Shown one piece after another: positions 47,150-61,910 of a stretch of 64,000 nt of DNA. The position numbers and the translations under genes were made by a program. Each line of letters opens with the position of its first letter. Positions within the stretch are counted from its first letter, which is position 1. The DNA lies in assembly GCA_023213395.1 (NCBI GenBank), contig CM041465.1, positions 172,553,741-172,617,740 on the forward strand, written 5' to 3'. The notes under the pieces were generated by a model. It was not told the origin of the DNA. It made no database searches and saw only the letters and a program-made list of their open reading frames with translations. The stretch is from Cycas panzhihuaensis (Eukaryota; Plantae; Cycadophyta).

Positions 47150-50100
47150 AGCGATTAGGAATAGCTCCAAGACTGCTCCAACAAGGATATGAATAGGGCA
47201 TTCTCACCCCGATTTCAGTGCGAAAGCCAAGCAATCAAGCATATACCCATAAGATGAAACATTCCACAAGCATTGTAACTAGTTATTGATTAATGAAATA
47301 CTGAGTCACATGGAAAATGTATGCTATCGCGCTTTGTATATGTTGCATTGATGTGTATGTGAGTGTCAACCTATAATAACAAACCAACAAGGTGCACAAG
47401 GCTTGACAACATGAGGAGGCCAACATCAAAGTGACAACGACACATGGCTAAAGTATAAATGAGTGGTTTCGAAATAACCAATGTGCTATAATAGGAGTCA
47501 ACATTGGTTCCATCATCGAGAAATTTGCTTAAAGAAGAGCCCAAGTTCATGAGAGAGAAAAAGTACATGCCCAAAAACCATAGGACACTAGTTGCCGACG
47601 TGATGGTGGTTTCTAACTAAACCACAACAACCAAGGGACCTACCAATGCCACCTAAGAAGCCTTCAAGCAAGGAGATTCTAGACTCTAGCCAGAAAACAA
47701 TAATACATTGGGCCAAGGAGCATAAGGTGTGACAGGTGCAAAGAAGAGGCACACCATCAAGAGGTGAGACAAGGGGTGGGTCCACTAATACATTAGAGGG
47801 ATGTTGTTTGTTAACAACACTAGCTATTGATAGTGGAGGAGACACTGCGAAAGTAAAGACAACCCTGGAAATAAAAGAGACCAGCATATTTGACCTTGGT
47901 AGGATAAAGACATCAATTGAGAGAAACCCTTATTTGGACAATAACTCGAAGAGCACAAGTGAAAATGATAAGAAGGCAGAGGAAGGTTTAGGGGCATCTT
48001 AGGAGAATTTTTTCGCAAGAAAACTATTTAATACATTGCCATAGCCAAGAAATGAGACATTTCCGATCCAAACACCCTTAGCAGTTCAAATTTCAGGTCT
48101 AGAGGCAACAATTCAATTAAAGACGTCGCACAATAACCTATTATTCAAGAATAGCGATAAATTATTACTCGATCCAAGTCACCATTGCAATTCGCTAGCA
48201 TAACAATCATAAACACACCTTGTGCTAGCATGCCACCCAACATGGCGGGATCAACAAGATATTATAACAAAGTGCCTTCAACAACCTTATCTTCAAGGAC
48301 ACTTTGAATGCAATAGAATATATATACCTGTTTGAAAACATGATAGAAGTAAGAAGAATCAAGGACAAAGAAGATATCAAGGGAAGATTCGCTTGTACTT
48401 GAACAAGAGTTTTGTTGGTATGGAACAAGCAATTAGATGCCAAAACCAAAAACTCCGAATTAGTTGCCACCAAATTTCAAGAGAGATTCCAAAAATTAAG
48501 AACTAACGAAGTAATGATTCAAGCAATAGGGAACATTAGGCAACAACTAAGAGAATCTACCCAAGATTTTGCAAGTTGGATGGCCATTATAGCTGGGAAC
48601 AAAATATATAGTAAAAAGATACCATAGTATTTAATGAAAAGCTATTTTGTTAATGGGTTCCAACCTAAGTTGAGAACATCCATGAAACAACACCCTAACA
48701 AGTCATTTGCCAGAGCCAAGGAATTGGCAATGGAATTCGAGAAGGAAATGGATCTAGAGGAATTGGGTGCCCAAGATAGTACATTAAAGATGTTGCATAA
48801 GGAAATAAAAGAACTTTGCTCCAAAAAAGGACCAAAGCAAGTGTAAAAGAGGAAAATCCAAAAGTAGAAGCCTTGAGAGAAGAAATAACATGACTAAACT
48901 TACAACTAGAAAAGAAAGAATTGGCAAAAGTAGAGGGTAAGCCAACCAAAAGTCAAGGTATGGGGGCAAATATGGAAGAAAATGGTGCTCCATTTACGAA
49001 TCCACAACCCATAACTGGCAAGATTATTGCTACAATGCACACCATAACAACACAAGAGGTAGAGATCAGGGAAGAGGAGAAACAAGATCATCCTATTTGA
49101 CCAAAACAACACCAAGCCTCCAAAAAAAGAAAAATCCAATTGGGAGATGTCTAATTTGCTTGGAGTTCAAACACTGGAGTTCAAACTATTCATATGAAAA
49201 GAATGAGGATAATGGTACCCACATTTGCATTAAGTGCGAGTTGTATAATCACCCTATGGATAGGTATCCCTTGAGTGCTAAGACAACAAATCTATGTCTA
49301 TAGTGCCAAGCCCATCTAAATCAATGAAACTTCAACCCAAAAGTGCATTGAATATGAAATCAAAGCGATGGGATATTGACTATCCAAATCCTAAGATAGA
49401 AATAGACTAATTTGCACAAGCAAAAAAAACCAATATGCAATAGCCAAAGAAGCAAAGGCCAACCATCCACCGCTAGCATGATATGAAATTTAAAATGTGT
49501 ATACAAGGAAGCAATTGCCCAAGCAAAAGCAAGCAATAGAGTCTCCAAGGTTGCCCCCACGTCACCCAAGCCAACCCCAACATTAGAACAAGCAAAATTA
49601 TTCAACAACATTCCCAAAGAAGATATCCTAAGAATGGTGGGTTTGTTGAAAAGTTTGGTACAACAACTCCAATTAACGAGTCCATTGACATAAATAATTC
49701 AATGGTTAGAAATGGGTATGCTCCAAGTCAAGGATTTGAACGGGATAGTACAAAATATTAATAAGGTGTTGCTATTATTTGACAAAGAGCCTAAAATCAC
49801 CATTAGCATACTTGAGAAGACATTTCAGAACATAATGTCGGTTTAGTAGACAATTTGCTTGCAACCCAAATTTCCCAAAATTTGGGAAGCCTACTGCACT
49901 AAGACTTGTAAGCTTTTCCCTCAAGCTGGCAAATGAACTTCAAGTGAGAACATTGGGGCCACCACTAAAGGTGAAAGAAGACATCATAGGGATGATAGTT
50001 GTAGTGGATTTTACTATTCGAAAGATTGTGGAAGGGGTAGTGTCACATCTAGCCTTACTAGGAAGACCATGGTTATACAATATTAAGTGTGTACAAGATT

Positions 50101-53100
50101 CAAACTATCGTACACTCACCCTCAAACAAAATGATGAAATGGTGACACTCCCAATGGTTAAAAAGAATACGATCAAAACCGTACCTAACAACGCCTCCAA
50201 TACCACAATTGCTAGCAAGAAGATAGCATCCTCATTTAATGAATCGATGGCATAATATGCAGTGGAAGAGGTAGGGACCATGAATAACCTTATGAAACAA
50301 AACCTAATCAATTCGGTGAACTCCACCCTAACTTGGATTTGGAAGGTGGAGAAATTAACTCTTTTCAAGGCAACTCGCTCCAAGGAGCATATAAGGTAAC
50401 TTGCCCCTCTTTTCAATGCTCTCTATTCTCCATAAATAGTAATATTAATGTCAATAGTAATAAACATATTGATGATTACATGAGTGCCATTGGCAATAGC
50501 AATTCAATTAATAATGAATGCTTGATTTTAGGTAGGTTAATTGGTAGCATAGATAGTGAATTTTTATAGAAGAAATTCACATATATAGAGAGGATCTAAT
50601 TAAACCCTAGGATTCAATAGAATGTTGGGAAGTAGAAATCATTAGTAACCCTAGTGTGAATTCATTAGCCCTAGAGGATTCCCACTCCTCTTGCCCCGTC
50701 ACTTACCCCAACCCTAATCCCTTATCCTTCCCAACTGTAGTCTCAAGGGGGACCCCTAGTCGTACCCTCCTACTTCCCCTTAAGGTGATCTCAAGGGATA
50801 CCCCTAGCCCCTTACCTTCCTATGGGGCAACATCCAAACAAAACCCAACCCTATCCCTAGCCCCTTAACCTGCCCCAGTACAATTCCAAATAGGATGGTT
50901 GAACTCCAATCCATTGGGACAATAGTAAATAATGCAAGTCTAGGATCAATTTTCATTAGAGATGCAATTCCCTCATTCTCAAGTATCAAATTAACAACTA
51001 TTGATCATCACATCCAAAGCACGGAGTATTGGATGTATTATGAAGCATTCAATAAAGACCAACGGGTGATGGACTTTGTCACCACCTTGCAAGGCCCTAC
51101 TTAGTGGTGGTATTTAACCCACCAAACGAATCTTCAAAGATGGTCAGAATTGCAACATGCATTATGGCTTAGGTTTAATAGACAAACCATTCCATAGATA
51201 CAAAATTTCCTAGCGTAGAGGTGTCCCCTTACCATCTTATGAGAATGTAGAAACATATGGAGGAAAGAAAGTATCCCCAAGAGAGATTGGAGCCATAGTG
51301 GATACTTTGTTTCCTCCATACCTTTTCCCCAGGAATGGATTGTAGGTAAAGATAGGGTTAGGGAAACAAAATGGGAAAAAATAAAACCCATGTTTATCAA
51401 AACATTTTCCTATAAAACAAAAAACACCGCTCTTAATAGAATTCTTAGTGATATCAAAAAACTCTTAGAGTGAAATGCGTAGTTGTCATTGAATGACAGT
51501 AGCATTACACAATGAGAGCCTAGAAGAGGAGGAGATACACATATTCCCCCTTGAGTATAGTAGACTTAAATTTGAGGATAGGGAAATTACAGATAAACTT
51601 GGTCATAAGATTAATAAGAATAAACAAGTAAAAATCTAAGAATTAAAAACAAAGAAGCTAAATATGGAAAAGTGAAATGAACCCCCAACACATCACAATT
51701 GAGAACTACTAGGATAAGCAAATGGTAGCTCAGGCCCAGGCATTGGTCGAAGAATACCACAACATTTCCATGTGGTCATATAAACACTTGAGGGCCATTC
51801 CACTTGAAATATGAATACACCAAATAGATCTCATAGAGAGAGCAAAATTGGTTAAGTAGAGGTCATACCAAATGAATCCTATTTTTAACAAAGAAGTTAA
51901 GGCTGAGTTGGATAAAATGTTAGATGCAAGATATATCTACGAGGTTGGCTACAACGACTGGGTTAGCCCAGTGGTTGTAGTTCCAAAAAAGAACAGGAAA
52001 ATTCGAGTTTGTGTTGATTATTGACAACTCAACAAAGTGACAAAGAAAAATACATTTCCAATACCATTCACAAAAGATATGTTGGAAATAGTGGGAGGGA
52101 ATGAGATTTACTCTTTTAGAGATGAATTGAATGGGTATAACAAACAAAAGATTAATCTAAAATCACATTTGTCACAGAATGGGTGACATATGCATATCGC
52201 ATTATGCTACTAACATTCACTCACGCCCCTATGACATTTCACTAAATCGTGATGAGTATCTTCAAAAAAAAATATAGTAAAAAGTGGTTGTTTTGTTGGA
52301 TGATTGGATCTTATACAACATTCTAAAGAATCACATTGAAAATATACATTAAACATTACAAACATGTCAAGAATGTAAACTCTATTGAACCCGAAGAAAT
52401 GCACATTCCCTATACCTTATAGGAACTTACTAGGTCGCATTGTGAGTAAGGAAGAATTACAAACAGACCTAGCAAAAGTATCAATTATATTGAATTTCAA
52501 AATCCCAACCACAAGGGAGCAATTGAAGGGATTTTTATAGTTAATAGGCTACTACCAACGATTTATTAAAGGATATACCCATATCTTTAGACCCTTCGAA
52601 GAATTATTGAAGAAAAATACTGAGTGGGAATGCCTCTCAATTTACAATCAATTACATACTAGCGCAACCCAAAGCAAAAGAAAATAGACCACCCAATTTC
52701 ATTTGCCAACTACAAACTAACAAGGGCATAATAGAATTATGCAATAAGGGTAAGGGAGGCACTTCAAATGGTTTATGCATTAAAAAAGTTATGCTATGGT
52801 CAAACCCATTCATATTTTACGCCAATCACCAAGAAATAATATATCTCATTAACAATGCAGTGCTACAAGGAAGAATAGGTAGGTGGTTGATGCTCTTTCA
52901 AGAGTTTACCTTTCGAATAGTGGTTAAACCAAGGAAGGCACATGTAATACCAAACAAATTATCTCAAATTAATAATGGACAAAATGCTTCTAGGATCATT
53001 GGAGACTTCTGAAATGCAAGCTTGTTTAAAGTAAAAGCAATCACCCTAGAATGGTATGAAGGAATTATGGAATATTTGTTTACTTGGGAATTACAACAAG

Positions 53101-54360
53101 AACTGGATAAAGCTAAAACAAGGCACTTGATAAGGAAAGCCAAGCCTTATCAATTAATCAAGGGGGAACTCTACCAACTAGGGCCAGATGACATAGTTCG
53201 GCAATGTGTTGCTCCCGATGAAGTTAAATAGAGTATCACACAAGCGCATAAGAGAGTGGCTAGTGGACATGGAATCAAAAGAAATAACAGGGAGAAAAAT
53301 TCTTGGTGCAGGACTATGGTGGCCAACCTTGTTTAAAGATGTTAAAAATTGGGTTAAAAATGGTGATGTATGTCAAAGAATAGGGAAACCTCATTGCCAA
53401 GATCTTCGCCCATTAAAACAGATCTTTCCCAAACCTCCCTTCAAAAAATGGGGCTAGATTTTGTTGGTCCCATTCACCCTACCACTTGGAGATCCCAAGC
53501 CTGATACATTCTAGTAGCAATCGATTACATGATAAAATAAGTAGAAGCATGACCTTTACAACATGCTAATGCCCACAAGACCACCAGATTCACTTACAAG
53601 GCTATCATTACAAGGTTCGAGCATCCCCTAGAACTAGTGAGTGACGAAGCCTCACACTTATTAGACAGGATAATAGAGGAACTCATGAAAACATTCTTTA
53701 ATTAGCCATAAAAAACTCATACCATATGACCCTTGAGCAAATGGCCAAGCAAAAAGTTCAAATAAAATAATTGAAAATTGCTTCTAGAAAATTTGTGATA
53801 TTGGGAGGACAAATTAGGCAAAAAAACTCTCTTTTGTATTGTGGCCATTTTGAACCATGGATAAACAATCAACAAGCCAAACTCCATTCCAATTAATGTA
53901 TGGAATGGAAGCTCTTATTCCATATGAATTTAAGATTCCTAGCCTTTGGGTTGCTTTAGCCTGTCACTTGGATGATGAGGATTCATTAAGAGAATGCTTG
54001 TTGCAATTGCTAAAACTCGAAGAAACAAGATATACGGCAAATTGAATGCACAATATTAAAAAAAGTAGACAGGAGGCAAGGAACAACTACTATTTGCATG
54101 CACCATAGTTCCATCAGGAAGACCATGTACTCTTGTATGACAACAAATTCTGCACACATCCAGGGGAACTAAAAATATGTTGGTTAGGACCCTACCTAGT
54201 AGCAAAAATATTTGAAAATGGAGCAGTGCAACTAAAAGAGCCAGATGGACCACCATTATCGAAGTTGATCAACAGTAGGAGATTGAAACCCTATTGCCAC
54301 TAGGGTAACCTAATTCTAACAATATTAGCCATATGTACAATAGTGTGTTGCTAACATGTT
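47150..54360 (+). mobile_element. Degenerate non-chromovirus Gypsy element (gag, protease, RT, RNase H, integrase); same family as 1-3308
   Basis: LTR end GTCAACA at 47503; PBS TGGTTCC at 47505; gag 48270-49300; LLGRPWL; RT PVVVVPKKNRKIRVCVDY; GLWWPTLFKDV; integrase tail nearly colinear with 18-682. Confidence 0.9.
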
Positions 54361-54399
54361 GCTTGAAATTAGAGACAATCAAGCCTATCCCAATGTTAG

Positions 54400-56843
54400 G
54401 AATCTAATTCCTCCCAAATTGCAGACAAATCAAACATCTCCCCATTGGCTGTTTTTTCTTTGAGAATTCCTATGTACTTTTTCTTGTATACACATTCTGG
54501 GGTGGGTTGCTCCCTCTTCCCCGACCGCGTCCTCTATAAGCTCTTCCCCTAAGGTTATAGAAATAGTCCCTTGTGTTGTGACTATCCATGTCACATATAT
54601 GACACCATCTATCCTTTTGGTGCATTGCACTATTTTTGGATTGATTTCGCATTCCTTAGTTGTATGCAAACTTTCCTCGCAAATATGACACTTCCTGGTC
54701 CTTCTTTTTCTTTACTTCTTCCTCCTCTTTTTTATTTTTCATCTTGAGTCTTGCTACTTCTTTCCTAAGAGCTTCAATTTCCGATTCCTCTTTTAAGATT
54801 CCCATTTGGAAAAGGGGTCGATTATGTTGGTTTTGTTTCATTTCTCTTATCTCTTCTTGTAGCCTTAGTAATAGGGGATCATGCCCTCCAACTTGACCAT
54901 CCATCTCTGCTTCGAAGTCCAATGCCAATTCCTAAGCATTTTTTAAGCATTTGAGGGGATGTGCATGCATCATAGATCTCAATTTCTCGTTTAACCCTCT
55001 GACGAAGTAGTTTTTCATGTTATGGTATGCAACCATCTCATTGATCATGTTGACAACAATTATTTTCAAGCGACTGATGTAGGTTAACACTGATTCACCG
55101 AGCCTCTGTTTGATTTCTCTAAGGGCAATCTCCACAGCCTCGTTACTTCAAAATTTTTAAAATCTTTCCTCAAATGATTTCTTTATATTCTCCCATGTTT
55201 CCGCTTTGTCCAACTCTTTGTACCATGCCAATGGTACTCCTCTTAATGTGTAAGCAAATCTTGCCTTTATTTCATCTTTATCTGTGATTTTCTTCACATC
55301 GATCAAGTTTTGAAACAAGTACATGTGCTCGACTACATCTAAGGTGTCGTTGAAGATAAGTTTCCCGAAATCCCTCGAATCATCCATCTTTGGCGATTTT
55401 ACTAGTGTCCTTCCCAGTGGTGATTCTTCTCTTTTTGGCTTTTCAAAGGATTCTACTTCTTTTTCTCCACCCTTCACTTTAGGTGGTGTATTTGGGGTGC
55501 TTCGTGTAGCACTATCTTTCCCAAATAGAGGATTCTAAAATGGTGTTTTTAAATGTATTGGTTCTGGTACTCCTAGCACTTGTATCGTCAATGGTGTGAC
55601 CACTAAATATGATTGCTCGGACCCCCTGTCCAATGAATCCTCAAGTAGTTGCCTTGTTAATTTATTTTTCCAATATGCCGAGGGACCTTCCTCTGCCTTC
55701 TTCTCGTTATCACTTAGGTCCTTCGGGGTATCATCCACACTTGTATATTCTTCCTTCCCTAGGGTGTTGTTTTGTTTCACCACTCCTCTTGGTTTTTCCT
55801 CCTTTTTTGGGCTTGAAAGGTCATACTTGATTAGAGCAGGTGTTAGTACCATTTATTCGCCATTAATTTCCTCTCCTTGTTCTTGAGGTGTCTGGGCTCC
55901 ACTTGCCTCAAATTCTTCAATGGACTATCCCTTAGTCTCGTTATTACGTAGACTCAAACTTCTTGTTCTTCTTAAGTTTGATTCCTTTGACCATCATAAT
56001 GCCCTTTGTCTGCTTGTTTCCTTCCCCTTAGGTGAAGTACCCTTTTAGAAGGCCTCTTAGGTGGCATTGGAAGGTCCCCTGGCTGTCGGAGGCTGAGTTA
56101 TAGCTCGCCATCACGACGACAGCCAGGGTCCTTTGTCCTTTGAACATTTTCCCCTTATAAAACTCCTGGCCCTCGTCCCTCCTTAGTGGACGTAGGCAAT
56201 GGAACCAATGTTGAATTCAAAGTTCACTACACTTGTGAAACTGGCACTTGTCAAGGAATCACTGGTAGTCTAGTTTAGGATACAGTCAACATGCTTCGTT
56301 TCCCATTAACTATCATTAAGGTTCTCATGCACACAATGTTATCACACATTCATCCTTAATTCATCACAATACCATCATAAATTCCACACAATAGTACATC
56401 AAACAACATGTATTCACTATACAATCATCACGGTATGCTTAAGACACAATATTCCATGTAACTCTTCGCTTTATTAAGCAGTACGTTTCATACATTCAGT
56501 TCTGGAACATATCCTATATACATTCTAGCTACAAATATAGGATTCTGTCACATAGGTCCCAAAAGGGAATGCATCTACTGCAACTCTAGTCCGTACCACT
56601 TTCTTGGTTTGTTGGGTGTCGTACTACCATGTGGAATGAATGTTCGGCTCTCACCGTTGGAATGGTCCTCAATGATCTCCTTAAATGCATCCTTTTGATG
56701 CTTTTTGATGAAGGGTTATGACTCCCTATCATAACCATACCTTTTCATTATCAATGTAACCTTTCACTTAAACATGTGATTAGTCTCCTTTAATGGTGCC
56801 TTTTCCATCCGTATGTCCGAGCGTACGTTCATTTGGGCTGACA
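54400..56843 (-). mobile_element. 5' LTR (56209-56843), PBS (56195-56207) and gag of a further member of the same family, inverted and truncated
   Basis: The minus strand reads TGTCAGCC...TTCAACA-T-TGGTTCCATTGCC. gag RFAYTLRGVPLAWY...W..IKKSFEERF with CCHC-like knuckles. Leader is homologous to 47580-48000. Confidence 0.88.
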
Positions 56844-56869
56844 TCACCATCTATGGGTGCCTTTGGGTC

Positions 56870-59800
56870 AAACATGCTCATGCGTATGGAGGAAGTCTGC
56901 TTTAGAGATCCACTTAGCTTGTGTGGGCCAAGTTCCTTTGCTGCCAACAAGGCAAGTTATGATAAGCCACTATCTGGTGTGTCGTTGTTTGGTGTCCAAC
57001 AAAGTATCTTCCTATAGAGGTGGTCGAAAATTTGAAATTGTGCTTGATGGGTGTGTAGGATTAGGTTCAGTTTCCAATTGTGGGGGTTCATACAATTTGA
57101 GTTGGTTGATGTTGACAACATTGTGGATTCTTAGATGTACAAGTAAGTCAAGTCGATAAGCATTGGCGTTGACTTGTTGAAGAATGGTGTAAGGTCCAAA
57201 CTTGATAAGTTTGAGCTTGTGATGATGTTTGCATCTATGTCAGTGCAGATGTAGCCAAACCCTATCGCCAACATTGAAGCTAGTTGAGACTCGATGTTGA
57301 TCATGTTGAGTCTTGTAGTTTTCCTAAGTTTGCGGCAGTATTTGTTGAACTGATGTGTGTAGGTGCGACAAATGCTCAATGAAGTTGGTGGCCTTTTGTT
57401 GTTCCTTGTCTTCGTGCTTAGTAGCTAGAGATGGTAATGCTAAGGGAAGCTCGTATGGAGCTAGTGGTTGGCAACCATAGCAAACCTCAAATGGCAAATG
57501 TCTAGTTGATCTATGGATGCTCGATTGTAGCTGTGCTAAACATGGTGAAGATGCATGTCTCACAGCTTATCGTAATACTGGGAAATTCTAAGGGCTTGAA
57601 CCAGTGTCCTATTAACCACTTTTGTTTAGCCATCAATCTAGGGATGCAATGATGTGGGAAATTTGAGCTAACATACGAGCATCTTCCATAAGGATTACTA
57701 GAAGTGGCTTACAAATCAATTGTCCCTGTCTAAGATAATAGAAAGTGGTAATCCAAAGTGAGTCCATACATGTTGGAACAATAGAGTGGTCATTTGTGGA
57801 GCAGAGATTTCCTTTTTACATGGTATGAAGATGACCACTTTGGAAAATCGACAAACAATGACAAAGATACAGACATTGCCATGTGTGGTGGGTAGTCCGC
57901 TAAGAAAATCCACTGAAATTGATTCCCATGGTCTAGTTGGGATGGGTAATGGTAGGTAAAGATCGAGCTTCCAACATCGAGCTTCCTATTGGCTACCTTA
58001 GATTTGCTGGATAGAGAGCATCATCGAATGTATGCTTTGATCGTTTTTTGCATGGATGGCCAGTAAAAATAACATTGTAAATGTTGAAGAGTCTTTTGAG
58101 TCCCAAAATGACCATTGTAGGAGGATGAGAGAGCTTCCTTAAGAAGTTGTTGTCGTGGAGCGCCACTGGGTATACAAAGCTTGTTGCATTTGTACAATAA
58201 TTCATTCTTAATGTGGTAATCCAAGTATGGTTCCTGATTGATGATTGTTGGTTGAGCCAATGCCTCCATGATAGGCAAAAATTGAAGATCTTCCATGTAG
58301 AGATTCTTCCAATCAGTATAAAAGATAAATTGGTTGTCGAGCAGTGTAATGAGTGCTATTGTCGGAGGTCGGCTAATGAAATCCGATACCTTATTAGATG
58401 CTCCTTTTTTGTATTTGATGATGAAGTTGAATTGTTATATATAAGATGCCTACTTGAGATGCCTATACTCCTGAATGTTTGACTGAGTGTTGAGGAATTG
58501 CAATGGTTGACGATCAGTATGGACTATAGTTTCTTTGCCCAATAGAAATTGACGCCAATGTTTGAGAGCTTAGACGAGGGCATAGAATTCCTTGTCATAT
58601 GTGTTGTAATTGAGCTTGGCATGTGAGAAGGCTTCCAAGTGATAAGCAATGGGATGTCCTCCCTGCTTGAGTGCTGCGCCTAGAGTAAATTGAGAGGTGT
58701 CTATCTCAAATTCGAAGGGTTGCTCCTCATTGGGTAGCTAGACAACTAGTGCTGTGCAGAGGGCGACCTTTAATTTTTGGAATGTTGATTCAGTGTGAGA
58801 ATTCCAAGTGAATTCCTATGTGTTGCTTGTGAGCACATTCAATGGATGTGCAATGTTGGAAAAATGCCTGATGAACTTCCTATAGAAGTTGACACTACCT
58901 AGAAAGCTTTTGAGTTGTGTGAGATTCTTGCGAGTTGGCCAATCCTTGGTGATTTGGACTTTCACTGGATCAACTTGAATTCCTTTGTCGTTAATGACAA
59001 AGCCTAGATAGGAAATGGTGTTTTGCCCAAAGGAGCATTTCTAAAGCTTGGCCTTTAAGTGTTGTCATCGTAAGAGAGACAAAACTGTGTCAAGGTGTTT
59101 GTTATGCTCATGCATGATCTTGTTGAAAGACCAATATGTCATCAAGATAAGCAATAACAAATTTACCAAGAGGTGGGCGAAAAATGTTAGTGATGAGGCG
59201 CATGAAAGTGACCAGGGCATTGGTTAGCCCGAAGGGCATCACAAGCCATGTTATGTCTTAAATGTTGTTTTCCAAGTATCTTTGGCATCCATTCAGACTT
59301 GATGATAGCTACAGGCTAAATCAATTTTGGAGAAGTATTTAGCTCCTTGAAGTTGATCCAACAAGTCATCTATGTATGGCAGCAGGTACCTATTTTTCAT
59401 TGTTATTGTATTGAGAGCTCTATAGTCGATGCACAGTCACCAATCATTATTTTTCCTAGGTATTAAAATTTCTGGAGATGCACAAGGAGAGCAGTTAGGC
59501 TGGATTTTTTCTTTGTTGATTAATTATGCTAGTTGCATTTCAAGTTCTGCTTTGGTAAGAAGAGTGGCTCGATATGGAGCTTGGTTTGGTAACAATGCGC
59601 CACGTAAGAGAAATGGTGTGCTAAATAATTCTTATAGGAGGCAGTCCCTTTGGCTTATTGAACACATCGGTATACACATCTAAAATAGTCTTTATTGCTA
59701 CCGGCAGGATTTTATTATAATTGGTTCTCTTTGCTTCGCGAATGACACAAAAAGCCATGGATTTAGAGGTGTTGACCAATTTGGATAATTGATTGCCTGA

Positions 59801-61230
59801 AAGTAATGTCACAGTAGTCGGTGGTGATGTTGTTGTAGTGAGTTTGTATGCCTTGCTATCCTTATGGATTGTATAGCTATTAAGATACCCGTCATAGAGT
59901 GTCCGACGATCATGCTACTAAGGTCGCCCAAGAAATAGGCCGTTGTAGTCCATCGGAGTTACATCACAGTCAATAGTATCTATGAGTAGTGGGTAGGCAA
60001 AGGTGATTGTGCAGATGCGGTCAATAACTATGGATTACCCATTGGCAGTGACCCACCCAAGGGTGTATGGCAGTGGATGTGGATGGTGGGTAGCTGTAAG
60101 GCATCGAGGATTGCCTTAGAGATTAAATTTTTCATACTATCGTTATCTATGATGCAGAGTGTTATTTTGTCTTTGATCTAGCAATTGTGAATAAAGAGCT
60201 TCTCTCGCCCCTGTGTTGAGTACTTTTTGGCCATTAGTACCAAATTAGGATCTAGTGTTTCCAGATTGGTGAGGGCAATGACTTCTAACTCTGTTGATTC
60301 GCCTTGTGGCTCTATCACGAGTGCCCTTGTTTTCTGTTGGGCCTTGCATTCTGCATCTATGTGTCTTGAGCATTTCTGGAATGAACAGTGCTTCCGCTTT
60401 GTTGGCCGCAGTGTGCAAGTTTGTGTTTTGGATGACAAGGCTTTGGTGGCGGGACCTGTGAATCATTTCGGTCATTTTTGCATTCTTGTCTCTATTTTGA
60501 GAGCAAATAGAAAGGCCACTTCTAATGTTGGTATTTCAAGCAACTCCATCTCTTGTTGCAAATGAGAGTATAATCCTCCAATAAATTTGAGTTTAAGGAG
60601 GTGACTGGGGTCATTGATTTCCAGTCTGATGTAGAGCTTCAAAAATTCATCAATGTACTGCTACGCTGATTGTCCTGACATTTGTCTAATGTGTAACCAT
60701 CGTTTGGTGAGGTCATCAATATATCCCAATGGGTAAAAACACCTTTTAATGGTTGCCTTAAAGTCGCCCCCAGTAAAAATTGGTTACTGCTGACTAAATG
60801 CTTGCCACCATGTTAAGGCCTATTTAGCCAAGTGCACTTCTACGACCATGAGTTTCTGATGTTTTGATAATTGTTGAGTCTTGAAGTAGGCTTCCAAGCT
60901 TCTAAGCCAATCATCTAGTTAATTTGCGTTTAGTGTACCATCAAACAATGAAATGGATATTTTGGCATCCACCTTAAATTGTGGTTGGTGTAGTGGTACT
61001 GCCATAGGGGCCCATTGGTGCAGCAACTGCTGAAACATAATCATCATGTTGTTGACTAGGTTCTATTGGAAGGTTTTGGAATCCTGCCTTTGTCCTCGTA
61101 GTTCTTGTGTTAGAAGTTTGGAGAGGTCCAGTTGAGATTGACCTTCTTGATCACATGACATGGTTGGTTAGGTATGCCTGCCTAAGTAGGGATTATAGCA
61201 ATATGCCCACGTTACGAAGGAGGGTTTTTT
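56870..61230 (-). mobile_element. Degenerate chromovirus-type Gypsy internal region, same family as 34555-40315; no LTRs seen
   Basis: Colinear with ~34900-39340 (gag, TLDPNLVLM, RT, RNase H, YNGHFGTQKTL...YFYWPSM, DFLSGLPT, chromodomain-like tail). It ends at the microsatellite. Confidence 0.88.
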
Positions 61231-61240
61231 TTCTTTTCCT

Positions 61241-61244
<4 letters not shown>

Positions 61245-61288
<44 letters not shown>

Positions 61289-61290
61289 TG

Positions 61291-61323
<33 letters not shown>

Positions 61324-61453
61324 ACATGCATATATATATATATATATATACATACATGCATATATATATATATATACATACATGTATATATATATGCATG
61401 TATATATATACATATATATATATGTATATATACATACATGCATATATATATAT

Positions 61454-61495
<42 letters not shown>

Positions 61496-61577
61496 ATATA
61501 TATGTATACATATATAGATACACATACATATATATGTATATATACATACATACATACATACATATATATGTATATAC

Positions 61578-61645
<68 letters not shown>

Positions 61646-61649
61646 ATAT

Positions 61650-61729
<80 letters not shown>

Positions 61730-61775
61730 ATACATGCATAGATATATATATATACATATATATATGTATGTATAC

Positions 61776-61819
<44 letters not shown>

Positions 61820-61858
61820 GTATCTATATATATATATATGTATGTATACATACATATA

Positions 61859-61910
<52 letters not shown>

